A stretch of DNA of 64,000 nucleotides, from positions 191,332,001-191,396,000 of the forward strand of contig OX597815.1 of assembly GCA_951406725.2 (NCBI GenBank), given 5' to 3'. The DNA comes from Octopus vulgaris. Its lineage: Eukaryota. A program made the position numbers and the translations under genes. Every line of letters begins with the position of its first letter. The first letter of the stretch is position 1. The notes under the pieces were generated by a model. That model was not told where the DNA came from. It was given only the letters and a program-made list of their open reading frames with translations, and did not search any database. Positions 25,685-38,674 of this stretch are shown here, in pieces.

Positions 25685-26348
25685 TTGCTTTACTGGCACG
25701 TGTAAAAAGATCCGAGCGAGGTTGTTGCCAGTACCGCCTGACTGGCCCCCGTGCCGGTGGCACGTAAAAAGCACTCACTACACTCTCGGAGTGGTTGGCG
25801 TTTGGAACGGCATCTAGCTGTAGAAACTGCCAGATCAAGACTGGAGCCTGGTGCAGCTATCTGGTTCGCCAGCCCTCAGTCAAAATCGTCCAACCCATGC
25901 TAGCATGGAAAGTGGATGTTAAACGATGATGATGATCATCATCATCATCATCTGGAAATGTCAACTGCAACACAGACTGCAATCTTAGTAGACAGAGAAA
26001 GGTTTATCTTTTTATCAATAGACTGGAGCCTGGTGCAGCCTTCTGGCTTCCCAGAACCCCAGTCAAACCGTCCAACCCATGCTAGCATGGAGAACGGACG
26101 TTAAACGACGATGATGATGATACATGGAACAGCAGCAATTAAGCTAAAGTTTCAAATGGCTTGGGGACGTTAGTTCTTATTTTTTGCTAGGTTTACTTTA
26201 TATATGCTTTGTATATTCGAAATAGATGAGGTTGGGTAACTGGAGTGGCATCTAGCAATAGAGAATCTTCAACAAATTCCATCTGACTCATGCAAGCATG
26301 GAGAACTGAGCGTTAAAACAATGATGATGGTAACACACACACACATAT

Positions 26349-26665
26349 GAAGGCACGAGGCTTAGTGGTTAAGCCATTCTGCTCGCAATTGTAATGTCTT
26401 GAGTTCAATTCACGGCGATGTGTTGTGTCCTTGAGGAAGACACTTTATTTCTCATTGCTCCAATCCAATCAGCTGGTAAAAATGAGTAGTACCTGTATTT
26501 CAAAGGGCCAGTTTTGTCATTCTCTGTGTCACACTGAATCTTCCTGAGAACTATGTTAAGGGTACATGTGTCTGTGGAGTGCTTGGCCACTTGCATGTTA
26601 CTTTCACGAGCAGGCTGTTCCATTGATCGTATCTGCAGGGACCCTCGTCATCGTAACCGACTGAG
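26349..26665 (+). mobile_element. tRNA-derived SINE family D
   Basis: GGCTTAGTGGTTAAG...GAGTTCAATTC head and GTGTCCTTGAG.AAGACACTTTATTTC body. Related minus-strand copies at ~29900-30215 and ~30990-31315. Confidence 0.65.
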
Positions 26666-27929
26666 TGCTCTTATCATCATCATTCATTTAGCGTCCGTTT
26701 TCCATGCTAGCATGGATTGGACGGTTCAACTGGGGTCTGGGGAGCCCGAAGGCTGCACCAGGCCAGTCAGATCTGGCAGTGTTTCTACAGCTGGATGCCC
26801 TTCCTAACGCCAACCACTCCGAGAGTGTAGTGGGTGATTTTATGTGCCACCGACACAGGTGCCAGACGAGGCTGGCGAACGGCCACGCTCGGATGGTGTT
26901 TTTTATGTGCCACCGACACAGGTGGCAGACGGCCACGCTCGGATGGTGTTTTTATGTGCCACCGACACAGGTGCCAGATGAGGCTGGCGATATATATATA
27001 TTTCGTTTTTGGATATATACTCACACAGCGGTTGGCATTAGGAAGGGCATCCAGCTGTAGAAACACTGCCAGATCAGACTGGAGCCTGGTGCAGCCTTCT
27101 GGCTTCCCAGACCCTGGTCGAACCATCCAACCCATGCTAGCATGGAAAACGGACATTAAATGATGATGATATATATATATGATGATGGTGTACATATATA
27201 CATATACATATGTACTTACATATTTTTAGGATGATGATGGTGATAGCTGCCTCAATCAAATTACATCATCCCATTAATCTCCATCACATCTGTGTGTTCT
27301 GAGCCATCATCACGGAACTTTAATAAAGAGACATGAACCAGACAGTGAGACATCTGTACATCATCGGATTAATATAACATACTTCTACAACATTTATCTC
27401 ACACTTTAAGTAGTAATAGCTGGAGTCTAATGACAAGCAATGCAAGTAGACTGGCAGTTATATCAACTGCTAGTTTGAATTTAGAGTGCCTTCTCTCAGA
27501 CTTTTTCCACCAACGGATACCTGCAAGTCAGTAAGGATTTTAAAAATTTGCACACAATTGGGTGATTGTTGGCTCTTATGAATCCATCCACCCTTTAATT
27601 TTTCTTTATGCTGCAGGGTGTCCAAAAATCACCTGCTAGGTGGAGTTTCCAGTTTAGTTTCAACAGATTGTACTTAGTTACATGTTTCCAGTAGCCTTCA
27701 AGTGTTACCTGACATACGTATATACATACATATGGAGACGAGTACCAACGTTCCAATGTGACTGGCTTTGTAATTGTTAATAGATTTCTGTTTACGTGAA
27801 ACCATTGGTAACCTTAACTCACAAATAAAGAATGTTTATCCACCAATGTATGTGTGGATGTATATATGTATGCATGAGTGTGTGTTTATAGTTTCCTCAA
27901 TGAAAACTGGTGAATTTTCTTACTTTCAG

Positions 27930-27993
27930 AGTGTCTTGTGTGGTCGATTCTCTTCAGAAAAATTACCAAATGTATTGTTCTATGAAAAATAAG
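27930..27993 (+). CDS. DIMT1: DIMT1 exon 10 (VSCVVDSLQKNYQMYCSMKNK)
   Basis: TTTCAG| and AAG|GTAAAT borders, LxKNYxxxCS motif, phase fits. Confidence 0.93.
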
Positions 27994-28633
27994 GTAAATG
28001 AATATTGTTTGTATTTTTATCAACTTCTGGTTTTAATGTATTTTTTATTCATTATCAATGCACCCCGGTGTTGCCCAGATGTTATGACCTACAGCCACAC
28101 TGTATTATTTCTTTCTTTCGTATGGGCAGAATCAGCACAGGCGGAGTATGAAGCAAACAACTCTTCTTTAAAAATATGTTTTCCAGTCGTTTTCTGATGA
28201 ACAACACTTCCATCTACCAAATCCACTCACAAGTCTGTGGTTGGACTTGGGTTATAGTAGAAAGCACTTGTCCAAGGTACCATGCAGAGAGACTGAACAT
28301 GGAACCATGTGGTTGAGAAGCAAACCTCTCAACCACACAGTCATTCATGCACTTAATATGTGCGTGTGTTTACATTAGTTATAAAATTGAGTGTTGATAA
28401 AGATTGTTCGGGCAGAGTTGCCTTCCTTAGCTAGCTCTAATTTCTATACAAAAATCTGTTGAGATAACCTTAACAAGTGATGTAATAACACTGCTAACAC
28501 AGTAGAACACAGAACTGACATATAAAAACGTTTAATAGACTTTGCTGTATATTATAGTTGCACAACGAAGTATGATGTCCTTACACGTCATTAATATTAT
28601 AGAATTGTAAACGTTTTTCCTTTTTTAATGCAG

Positions 28634-28740
28634 CCAATTCCAGAAGGCTTTGATGTTAAACAGAAAATCAACGATATCCTCGTACAGTCAGATTTTGACA
28701 AGAAGCGTGCAAGAACTATGGATATTGATGACTTTCTCAG
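28634..28740 (+). CDS. DIMT1: DIMT1 exon 11 (PIPEGFDVKQKINDILVQSDFDKKRARTMDIDDFL)
   Basis: KRARxMDIDDF motif, GCAG| and AG|GTTTGT borders. Confidence 0.95.
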
Positions 28741-28966
28741 GTTTGTACTTGTATACTCTCTCTCTTTCACTCTTTTACTTGTTTCAGTCATTTGACTGCG
28801 GCCATGCTGGAGCACCGCATTTAGTCGAGCAAATCGACCCCGGGACTTATTCTTTGTAAGCCCAGTACTTATTCTGTCGGTCTGTTTTGCTGAACCACTA
28901 AGTGACGGGGACGTAAACACACCAGCATCGGTTGTCAAGCAATGCTAGGGGGACAAACACAAACAT

Positions 28967-29011
<45 letters not shown>

Positions 29012-29603
29012 CGACAGGCTTCTTTCAGTTTCCGTCTACCAAATCCACTCACAAGGCAGTGGTCGGCCCGAGGCTATAGCAGAAGACACTTGCCCAAGAT
29101 GCCACGCAGTGGGACTGAACCCGGAACCATGTATACTTAATCTCTTTTAATACTAATCTTAAGATCTCCACTCTTCACCCTGTCAGTACTTGGTGCCATG
29201 TAGATAAAGCACCCAGTACACTCTGTAAAGTGGTTGGCATTAGGAATGGCATCCAGCCATAGAAACAGGCAACTAGAGCCTGGTGCAGCCCTCTGACTTG
29301 CCAGCTCCTGTCAAACCATAGCAGCGGAGAAAACAGATATTAGATGATGGTGATGACATAACCATTGGTTTTTCTACTTTTACTAATTTTAACGTTTTCC
29401 ACATTGCTGTAACAAGTGTGTTTTTTATTCACAAATAGAAGCTCTTCTCGAACTAAATAATGAAATCAGAATAGTACCTTACCACTCTTTACTTCATGGT
29501 TTAGACTAAGTAATGTATCTTAACTAAGCGTACAACACAATGATGTCATAAAACTTTGAACTCGTAATCATAATGTGTGTAACTCTGTTACCTTATTCTC
29601 TAG

Positions 29604-29877
29604 GACACAATTAATTAGACCTATTTCTTTACTACCCACAAGGGGCTAAACACAGGGAGGACAAACAAGGACAGACAAACAGATTAAGTCGATTATATCG
29701 ATCCCAGTGCATAACTGGTACTTATTTAATCGATCCCGAAAGGATGAAATGCAAAGTCAACCTTGGCGAAATTTGAACTCAGAACGTAGCCGCAGGTGAA
29801 ATACTGCTAAGCATTTCGCCCGGCATGCTAACGTTTCTGCCAACTCGCTGCCTTAATTCGACACAATTAATTAGACC
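29604..29877 (-). mobile_element. SINE family C copy with an 18-bp target-site duplication
   Basis: GACACAATTAATTAGACC at 29604-29621 and again at 29860-29877 flanks the element. Confidence 0.85.
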
Positions 29878-31402
29878 AACAGGTAAATGCTACACACTAG
29901 CACTCCATTGGTTATGACAACAAAGGTTCCAGTCGTTTCGATCAACAGAACAACCTGCTTGTGAAATTAATGTGCAAGTGGTTGAGCGCTCCGCAGACAC
30001 TCATACTTTTAACATTAGTCTCAGTGAGATTCAGCATGACACAGAATATTTGAGATGGTTAACTCTTTGAATTACTGGTACAACTTGTTTTTGCCAGCTG
30101 AGTGAACTGGAGCAATGTGTATTGAAGTGTCTTGTTCAAAGGTACTATGTGCCACCAAAAATTGAAATCACAACCTTACAATCATGAGCTGAATGCCCTA
30201 ATCATTAAGACGTGCTTTGACACACACCTGATGGGTCTCTTCATACTTTCTATCAATCAACTTCATTCATAAGTTATTGGTTGACCCAGAATATAGTGAA
30301 AGACACTTACAGACCAATAAAAGTTATATTTAACATACATATCTTTTTCTTCAATTTCTACGCAAAAAATATATTTTTTAATTATTTATTTGGAATCTGT
30401 ATATATGGAAGAATAAGTACAGAAGATTATTTTGGATCAGTTATGATTTATTATGAAGTCGTTGCCAATGCCACTGGACTGGCTCCTGTGCAGGTGGCAC
30501 GTAAAAAACACCATTTGAGCGTAGCCATTGCCAGTAATGCCCAACTGGCCCTTGTGCCGGTGGCACGTAAAAGCACCCACTACACTCTCGGAGTGGTTGA
30601 CATTAGGAAGGGCATCCAGCTGTAGAAACTGCCAGATCAAGATTAGAGCCTGGTGCAGCCATCTGGTTCACAAGTCCTCAGTCAAATCGTCCAACCGATG
30701 CTAGCATGGAAAGCAGACGTTAAACGATGATGATGATGATGATGATTACTGATAGAAATGATAGTTATTGATCGATAATGACAGAAAAAAGGGAATAACA
30801 TCATGAACGAAGTATTTCAGGTTACAAATAAGTGACAGATATCCTCAGAGTGCAGTGAACATATATTTTCGTTCAAATATATATCTACTAGACATCTTTG
30901 AATGCAAAATATATGGGATTATATGTTAAGAGTTTAAGTATGACTTCTACTCTTCGCCTCCTTAGCAAATGAGATACATCATCATTTGCTGAGACCCCCT
31001 TCGGTCATGAATGACCATGGGATTGCACCTAGAAAGTTACTCTCCCAGGCACAAGTCCAGCCAAGGTTGTTTATGGACGACCAGCAGTCACTCATGCATA
31101 CCGTTCTCCTCTCGTCATGCCACTGATATTATCCAAAGGAATGGCAAAGGGGCCAATACAGCTTGGCACCAGTGACATTGCAACTCATTTCTACAGCTGA
31201 GTGAACTGGAGCAACGTGAAATAAAGTGTCTTGCTCAAGAACACAACACGCAGCCTGGTCCGGGATTCGAACGATCGTAAGCTTGATGCTCTAACCACTG
31301 AGCCATGCACCTTCACATATCATCATATAGATGCATTATAATGTCAACTCCAATTGCTATTTGTTAATTCTTTATTTGACACGTAATTTTATTTATTTTC
31401 AG

Positions 31403-31445
31403 TTTGTTGCTAGCATTTAATGAACAAGGATTCCATTTCTCTTGA
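31403..31445 (+). CDS. DIMT1: DIMT1 exon 12 (LLLAFNEQGFHFS*)
   Basis: TTTTCAG| acceptor, conserved FNxxGxHFS C-terminus, TGA at 31443-31445. Confidence 0.95.
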
Positions 31446-31819
31446 AAGAAGGTAAAATCTATGTAAATAAATTATGTATAAAAATACTAAACATTTTGCT
31501 TTCTTTATTCATATGGAAATACTTTAGATCTAGACAGAGTATTTACATTTTTTCCCCTGTGTATCAAGTATCAGTCATTTAATGTGGAGTAAATTTAATT
31601 GACTATGAATGAAATAACAAAAGTTTTAAAAACTTTATTTTGGGTGCAGAAGCATACATTCAAAGTGTATTCAGAAGAATATACTCACAGGAATGGTTCT
31701 ACATAGATCCTGCCATTATGGATTGCCCAGTATTTGAGTTATCAGCAGCAGCTTTCCAAATGTCGGTACCTTCCCCCTCCAAATATTTGATCTTGTAACC
31801 ATTTCAAATGTCATTGTTA

Positions 31820-32190
31820 TTACCCCCACCTTAGCAAAGGCGGGGGGTATTGTTTTCAGTCACATTTGTTTGTTTGACCCTGGACAAGATATCTCAAGAA
31901 CTGTTGGATGGATTTGGATGAAACTTTCAGGGATGTTTGGCCTCGTTACTGGCATAAACTGATTACATTTTGAGATCAATCTGGTACTGAAAGAGGATTC
32001 TGGATTATTTTTCCTGTTTTTTTTTTTATTAATTTTTTAGAGCGGTCGGGTTCATTTCTAGTATTCTTGTTTCTGGGAGCAGTCGAGTTTATTTGAGATA
32101 TTCTCATTTTAAAAACCATCTCCGGCTAATCCGTTGAGAGGACATTGATGTTGCCTTGGCGGTGGTTTGCACTCTCTGAGTGTTCTTGTT
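31820..32190 (+). mobile_element. Non-autonomous Helentron/DINE-like element (tentative)
   Basis: 5' hairpin CCCCCACCTT..AAGGCGGGGG, (GTTT)n tract, GGATTTGGATGAAACTTT core, 3' CCTTGGCGG and hairpin GCACTCTCTGAGTG, in a T-rich site. Confidence 0.45.
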
Positions 32191-34370
32191 ATTCTTAGAA
32201 TGGTGGTTTAACAGACCTGTTAGAGTTAGAAAAATTGCCTAGTGGCATTTATTTCTAGTTCTTTACAATCTGAGTTCAAATCACATCAACTTTGTTTTAC
32301 ATCCTTTTAGGGGGTCACTCTCCCAACTGAGCTGAAAAGCACCCTTGCTAGTGCCATGTAAAGTGCACCCAGAACACTCTGTAAAGTGGTTGGCATCAGG
32401 AAGAGCATCTATCCATAGAATCCTAGCCAAAACAAGCAATTGCTGCTTGGCGCAGCTTGTCAGCTCCGATTGAACTGTTCAACCCATGCCAGCAGGGAAA
32501 AGGGATGTTAAATGATGAATATGGGTCTTACATTCTTGTGTGCAAGCTGGAAAGCATTAATCCTTTCATTACTGTATTTATTTTGAGGTGCTCTGTGTTT
32601 CTTCTAATTATTTTAAATATAACGCCGGTGGCACGTAAAAAGCACCATTCAACCATGGCCGTTTGCCAGCCCCGTCTGGTACCTGTGCCGGTGGCACGTA
32701 AAAAGCACCCACTACACTCACGGAGTGGTTGGCGTTAGGAAGGGCATCAAGCTGTAGAAACATTGCCAGATCAGACTGGGCCTGGTGCAACCTTCTGGCT
32801 TCCCAGACCCCAGTTGGACCATCCAACCCATGCTAGCATGGAAAGCGGACGCTAAATGATGATGATGATGATGATAACAAAGAATTTAGTAAAATAACTT
32901 AGTTATCATTCAGCTAGTGTTAGGAAAGTAAATTGTGACTAAGGCTTGGTGGAAGATTTTAATTCAAAACTTATGAAAACAAGACATTTTACCACAGAGC
33001 CAGAGCCGGTTTTGGCCAGGTTAGTAACAAAAGGGTTTTAAACAGGTCAATAATATTCAATCAGAAATATAGAACAGACAAGAGATGAACAAATGAACAG
33101 CCAAAGTAGGGTTTTATAAACAATGATTTTATTTTGAATGCCATCTTCAAACAATACTTAATACATAAACATCAATTGTAGTTGGTATGACATGAAGAAT
33201 AGGTCTAAAGACATACTGACATTGGAATGATGTAAATGGTAATGATATGGGAAGTTGGGGGGGGGGGGCTCAAAAGATATACTTTTATAAATAATTATGA
33301 GTAACAAACACCCTAACCACAGAGTGCAGAATTGCCAAACTTCTATGCAAGATTCAGTAAGTACAGTCTATTTTTACATTCATGGAACTAATGGTTCGCT
33401 ATAATTTTATTCTAGCTATCAAGAAAAAAAAAAGATCTAAATTGTAGTATTTTTATAAAGATTGTTTCTCATAACAAAAAAAATCTAAATTGTAATATTT
33501 TTGTAACGATTGTTTCTCATAAAAAAAAAAAAAACTCAAAGACCACAAATGGTAATTTAAATTGGATCAGTTAAGTTTTTTGGTATTTTTTTTGCAGTTT
33601 TACTTGGGGGTGGGGTGCTCGTTAGCTACAATAATAATATCATTCGATAGAATCAATACAATGTTGTTTGTTTAGTTATGTCAGTATTCATGTAATTTAT
33701 TTTATAATAACAGTCATTTCTCATTATTTTCAAATCGGAGTTCCTTCAGAATGAAAACTTCTATCCTACTCTCGTAAAACCACAGCCATGCATAACAATA
33801 ACTAGAATGCTAAAAACATTCATCTCAATAATTTTTAAGCTTTTTTTTTTTGTTTTACAATGCTCATACTGTTTGTTATACAATATATTCTTGTATATTC
33901 ATATATATATATAGTTTTCTAATATAACAAATGGATAGTCTTCATTAAGTGTTTTTTTTTTATTAATTTTTTGTTTGTGTGTTTTTTTTTTTGTTTTTTT
34001 TTTCTTTTCTTCATTTTTGAAATTTACTTTTAATGATAACTAACAAAAAAGATGTGCACATGACATTATTGCTTCAAACAGATCACACTGCTTTTCTCGT
34101 TTGAAATATAAAGCAAGATGGAAAAATGAAAAAAAATGAAATCTGAATGCTATAGGTGATTGAAAAGAAAAAAAGATTTATCTTCATAAAACCAATTACC
34201 ATATTGGCAAATTAAAATATTTCTATTCTATTCTATCTTATGATATCTTTCATATATGTCTATGTGAATGAGACTATATATATATATATATATATATACT
34301 GGAGTAAACACATAAATGTGAATGAAACAAGGTGGAAAAAAGAGTACTCAAATACCAGAGGTAGAGTAAT

Positions 34371-34540
34371 ATGCTTTATTTAAAAGCAGCAGAAATGTAA
34401 CAAAAGCTGTTACTCGGAGTTTCACGTTCCTGTTCGTCAGACAGTTTTGTTAAATATTTAACAAAACTGTCTGACGAATGGGAACGTGAAACTCCAAGTA
34501 ACAGCTTTTGTTACATTTCTGCTGCTTTTAAATAAAGTAT
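34371..34540. ncRNA. Palindrome carrying a minimal type I hammerhead ribozyme motif on each strand (Penelope-like element terminal repeat)
   Basis: + strand: stem I AACAAAACTGT / ACAG(C)TTTTGTT, core CTGACGA (34471-34477), stem II ATG-GGAA-CGT, GAAA (34488-34491), stem III AC-TCCAA-GT, cleavage triplet GTA (34498-34500), then AATAAA. The mirror copy is on -. The element is flanked by (TA)n. Confidence 0.7.
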
Positions 34541-35226
34541 ATATATATATATATATAAATATATATATATAATCTCGAAATTCATGCAAATTAAACGTTT
34601 GAGTAAATTCATCAAATTGATTTTTTTAGATGAATTTTGGATTAGCTGCAAATTTGCATAAGTGTAATTAAAAAAAAAGAAACAATTTTTAAACTGTACT
34701 CTTATGAATGGAATTTTCACCAAGAAATATCCAACGTCATTAAAAATTTTCCTTCTTTCTTTCTTTGACTTTAATGATTCCATGGATGGTGAAAGCTAGA
34801 TTTTTCATACTTCAAGAACATTTACCTTGAACTACTGTGATGCAGGATGATGCAAATAATTTTTCCTCAGTTTCAGCTACTCTATGTTTGGTTCCCTGCA
34901 TCATTAGACTTCAATCAATGTGATTAGCTGATTCATATAATTATAGACACTTTTAAGGATTTGAGATATAGAAATAATGTGCAGGTAGATAAGGATAAGA
35001 AGACCTATAATTGCATTTCTTGATAAGAGATCATATTGAAAAAATATATACTGTCAACAAAAGCTTAATTTATGACTTTTGAAGAGTTTGAATTCCATTT
35101 AAAACTTGCATTAATTTTAAGGAGATATACTTAGACATACGTGTGTATATATATATTGATAAAAATGGTAAGACAACAAAAGAATGAAACAGACCTCGAT
35201 ATTATGTAAATAGAGGAATTTATCTG

Positions 35227-35352
35227 TAAATGTAATATGTGACAATTATTCGGTAGCCATGATAAAATTCCGAGTTTCCAGGGTTCAAATTTCGGCATCC
35301 AAAACTCGGAGTTTTATCATGGCTACCGAATAATTGTCGCATATTACATTTA
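35227..35352. repeat. Inverted repeat with ~50-bp arms in a (TA)n context, probable Penelope-type terminal remnant
   Basis: TAAATGTAATATGTGACAATTATTCGGTAGCCATGATAAAA is mirrored by TTTTATCATGGCTACCGAATAATTGTCGCATATTACATTTA. Confidence 0.7.
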
Positions 35353-38300
35353 TATATATATATATGTATGTCTTTTGTTTTAAATATGTTCAGGAAAATG
35401 TCACTGTGTATGTATAAGAAATATGGATTTCCCATTTTGGCACAAGACCAGCAAGTTTGATGGTTAAGTCGATTACATCAACCCCAGTATTCAACTGGTA
35501 CTTATTTTATCGACTCCGAAAGGATGAAAGGCAAAGTCAGCCCCAGCAGAATTTGAACTTAGAACAAAATGATGGACGAGATGCCGCTAAGCATTTTATC
35601 CACCATCTCAATGATTCTGCCAGCTAGCTCCCTTAAGTAAAAGAAATATTATAAGTACCCTGCTCTAGTTTATTGACTTGAATTTCTTAAAAGAGATTTA
35701 ATAATTATATTTTTCAACAGATAGTGTTTTATTCTTGATAATTTAAACCATGACAATGACGAATAGCAATCAGCCAGTTCTGAAGTGTTTCTACCATTCT
35801 CATGGACAATTTTCTACATCCATGTTATTTATGAAAATAGGGAAATAATAAATGGATACCATGTACTAGTAGCATAATTGGTTAATGTACCAAACTGATA
35901 AAATAGAAGAATAATGAAGTAAAGGGAAGATAATGATAAATATTCATTCTTGAAACATTCATCTACTACAACTGAATTTTCTGCCGGAACATTCTTTTGA
36001 TGTAGCTCTATATGTGATTGAAGTGATGTTATTTCTATAATCCGAATATGAAATACAAACATAGGATCAATAAGCACTTGCAGGTAAATATCTAATTTAT
36101 TTATAACTTCTAATTTAGGAAGAAAAAAATCCATTTAGATATGAACAATTTTTACAGTCACTTACAAAATATAGTTATTCAATGTAACTCATAAAAAATT
36201 TTAACACACACACATAAAAAAAAAATTGTAAAGAAAACAATATGGTATGTATATCAAAAGAAATAAGATTTTGTTATTTGTGGCTCGTAAGTTTGCATAA
36301 GGTGTATACATGAAATGAATAACAATAAGCAACAGTAACTGAAAAACCAACAATGATATTTTGTGAAAGATATTAAAATATCTTAAAGTCTTGTAACCAT
36401 AACATTTTAAAGGAAATGAAAACAGTCATAACTGGAAAAACTTTTCAGTTAATACATCTGTAGCCATAACTACCAATTGGTCCCTCACAAACCATCTTCA
36501 TACTCCATCTTTTAGTTTTAATCTGCTCTTCCTTTATTTAAATCAATTTTTCAATAATATTATGCAGCCTTGTAGTGCTTTTTATTATATTTTTTTTTGT
36601 GTGTTTAGCACTAGTTTGTTTATTCCTTGTCTGAGTATATTTGTTGGGGCTTTTCTTGTTTTTGGAGCTACATACAAAGAGATACTTTAATCCAAGCCAT
36701 TACTCAGAACTGCCTGTTATTGCAAGATGAAGCATTACAAAGTTATATTTTATAAAAGACAGAATATGTTGAGTGTTGAAACTTTAGGATAAAACTTCTA
36801 CATGCTGTAATGACGTGGATGGTGATTGTCTAACCCTTTAGCGTCCAAACTGGCCATATCCAGCCTCTCCCACCTACCCTACAATATCATTCTAAAAAAA
36901 TGCAACCACATCATCAAAATCTCAAAGCTATGAGATAATGGATGATCAATTGAAAACAATGTGAATAAATTGGCATCATATTTGACAGAGTAAATCCAAA
37001 TGCTGAAAAATTAAGATAATTCCTCTATCATTTGTGTGCCATAATTCAGTTAGAATTTTATGGTAAATCTAGAAAAACCAGCCTAACCATAAAAAAGAAA
37101 AAAAAAACCTACTTCAAAGAAAACCATGTCTATATTTGTTTAACAATGTAAATTCAAAGCTCCCCGGATATTCAACAAAGTTTAAAGTAATTTTTCAGGA
37201 TGAAAGTAATATATTGAAATAATTTTTACATCAAAAAAAAAAAAAAACACATTGAGATCAAACTGAACAGTATTTAAAAAAAAAACAAACAATCATGTTC
37301 TCTTCAGGATGCATCAAGTTGCATCTCTTTACATCAAGCTGCACCTCTTTACATCAAAAGGTAATGAAACAAATACCAGACTGAAATGGGTACTGGGGTT
37401 GATATGATCGACTGAGAACCCTTAAAAGGCAGTCCCCCAGGATGGTCGCAGTCTTATGATTGAAACCAGTAAAAAAGAATAAAAGAAAGAATTTTTTTTT
37501 ATCAAAAAGTAAATACAAACAAGTTGAAGGATGTCCTTTCTATCAGCTGTCGGAGATACAATGGACGGAAAAAGAAATAAAAAAATAACATCAAAATAAA
37601 GATTCATGTTACACAAGTTGGACGGATATATTTTCTTTTCTTTTCTGTTTTTTTTTTTTTGTTTCAAAACTGAGTCTAAGAGATTAAGTTCTTCGTGATA
37701 TGTAACAAAAACCCTCCCCAGAGAATCTAAGCAGCAGTATAACTGATGATGATTAAAGTTTTCATCAATGGTATTCAATTGTTTTAATCAGCATGAATAG
37801 TAATTAAACTCAACACTGAACTCTATAATGAATTATGCAATTAACAAATATTTAGAAACAACAGATCAGATTGTAAAAAACAGAATTACAAACAAATTTC
37901 TCTCCCGTCTCGGAGGAGATTAAATTGAGATTTAAATGGATTATCTTGAAACTTAAAATTTGGTTTGTTTCAATATCTTAAAACGATCAATTAACTCATT
38001 AACTCTAGTAAAATATTATCTTAGATATTTTTCTAACATATGAACTGTAATGAATTCAAACATTTTAACTTAGTTTTTTGCTCATATTTTCTGAAATCTT
38101 CTGAAATCTCATTCATTTTGCTGTGTCATGTGTGCACCAAATAAATTTCCACAATTAAAAAAAAAAATTGTAAAAAAAAAAAACCATGGAAAACAGCAGC
38201 AAAAAACAACAAATAACTAAAAAAATAAAGAAACCCAGAGTTAATGCAATCATTGTATATGGGATGTTTACGTACTCGACATTAATTTGCTATTGTCAAG

Positions 38301-38542
38301 AGTTATAACATCTAGCAAGAACTATTTCCAGCAAACTATGATAACATTGTGTAATAATTACTCCAAATAATGACAAATTACAGTTAATAGTTTGGTTCAA
38401 ATTTTGACCTTCTTTGAAATTATACATAACTGTTCAAAAAAAAAAAAAAGAATTGATCATTTCCTAGTGAGTCTAAGAAATTGCCAACAGTTATCAAATT
38501 TGACAAAAATTACTAAACTTCATATGGTATTCTCAATGAAGA

Positions 38543-38674
38543 CTAAGAAGAGACTAGGAACAGAATTTCGTTTTTATCATAAGCTGTACAAGCTATGACT
38601 TTCCCTTCATCTTGGACGAAACAACTTCCAACTATTTGACTGTCAACATGGTACTGGCTTCCAGCAACAGAAAT
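38543..38674 (-). CDS. WDR54: WDR54 last coding exon (ISVAGSQYHVDSQIVGSCFVQDEGKVIACTAYDKNEILFLVSS*)
   Basis: TTTCAG| acceptor, TAG stop at 38543-38545. Confidence 0.88.
   Translation of the reverse strand: MSVAGSQYHVDSQIVGSCFVQDEGKVIACTAYDKNEILFLVSS

Noticed and set aside
31446-31460. Donor-like AAG|GTAAAA just after the DIMT1 stop (3' UTR intron)
   Set aside because: No supporting downstream exon can be identified from sequence alone.
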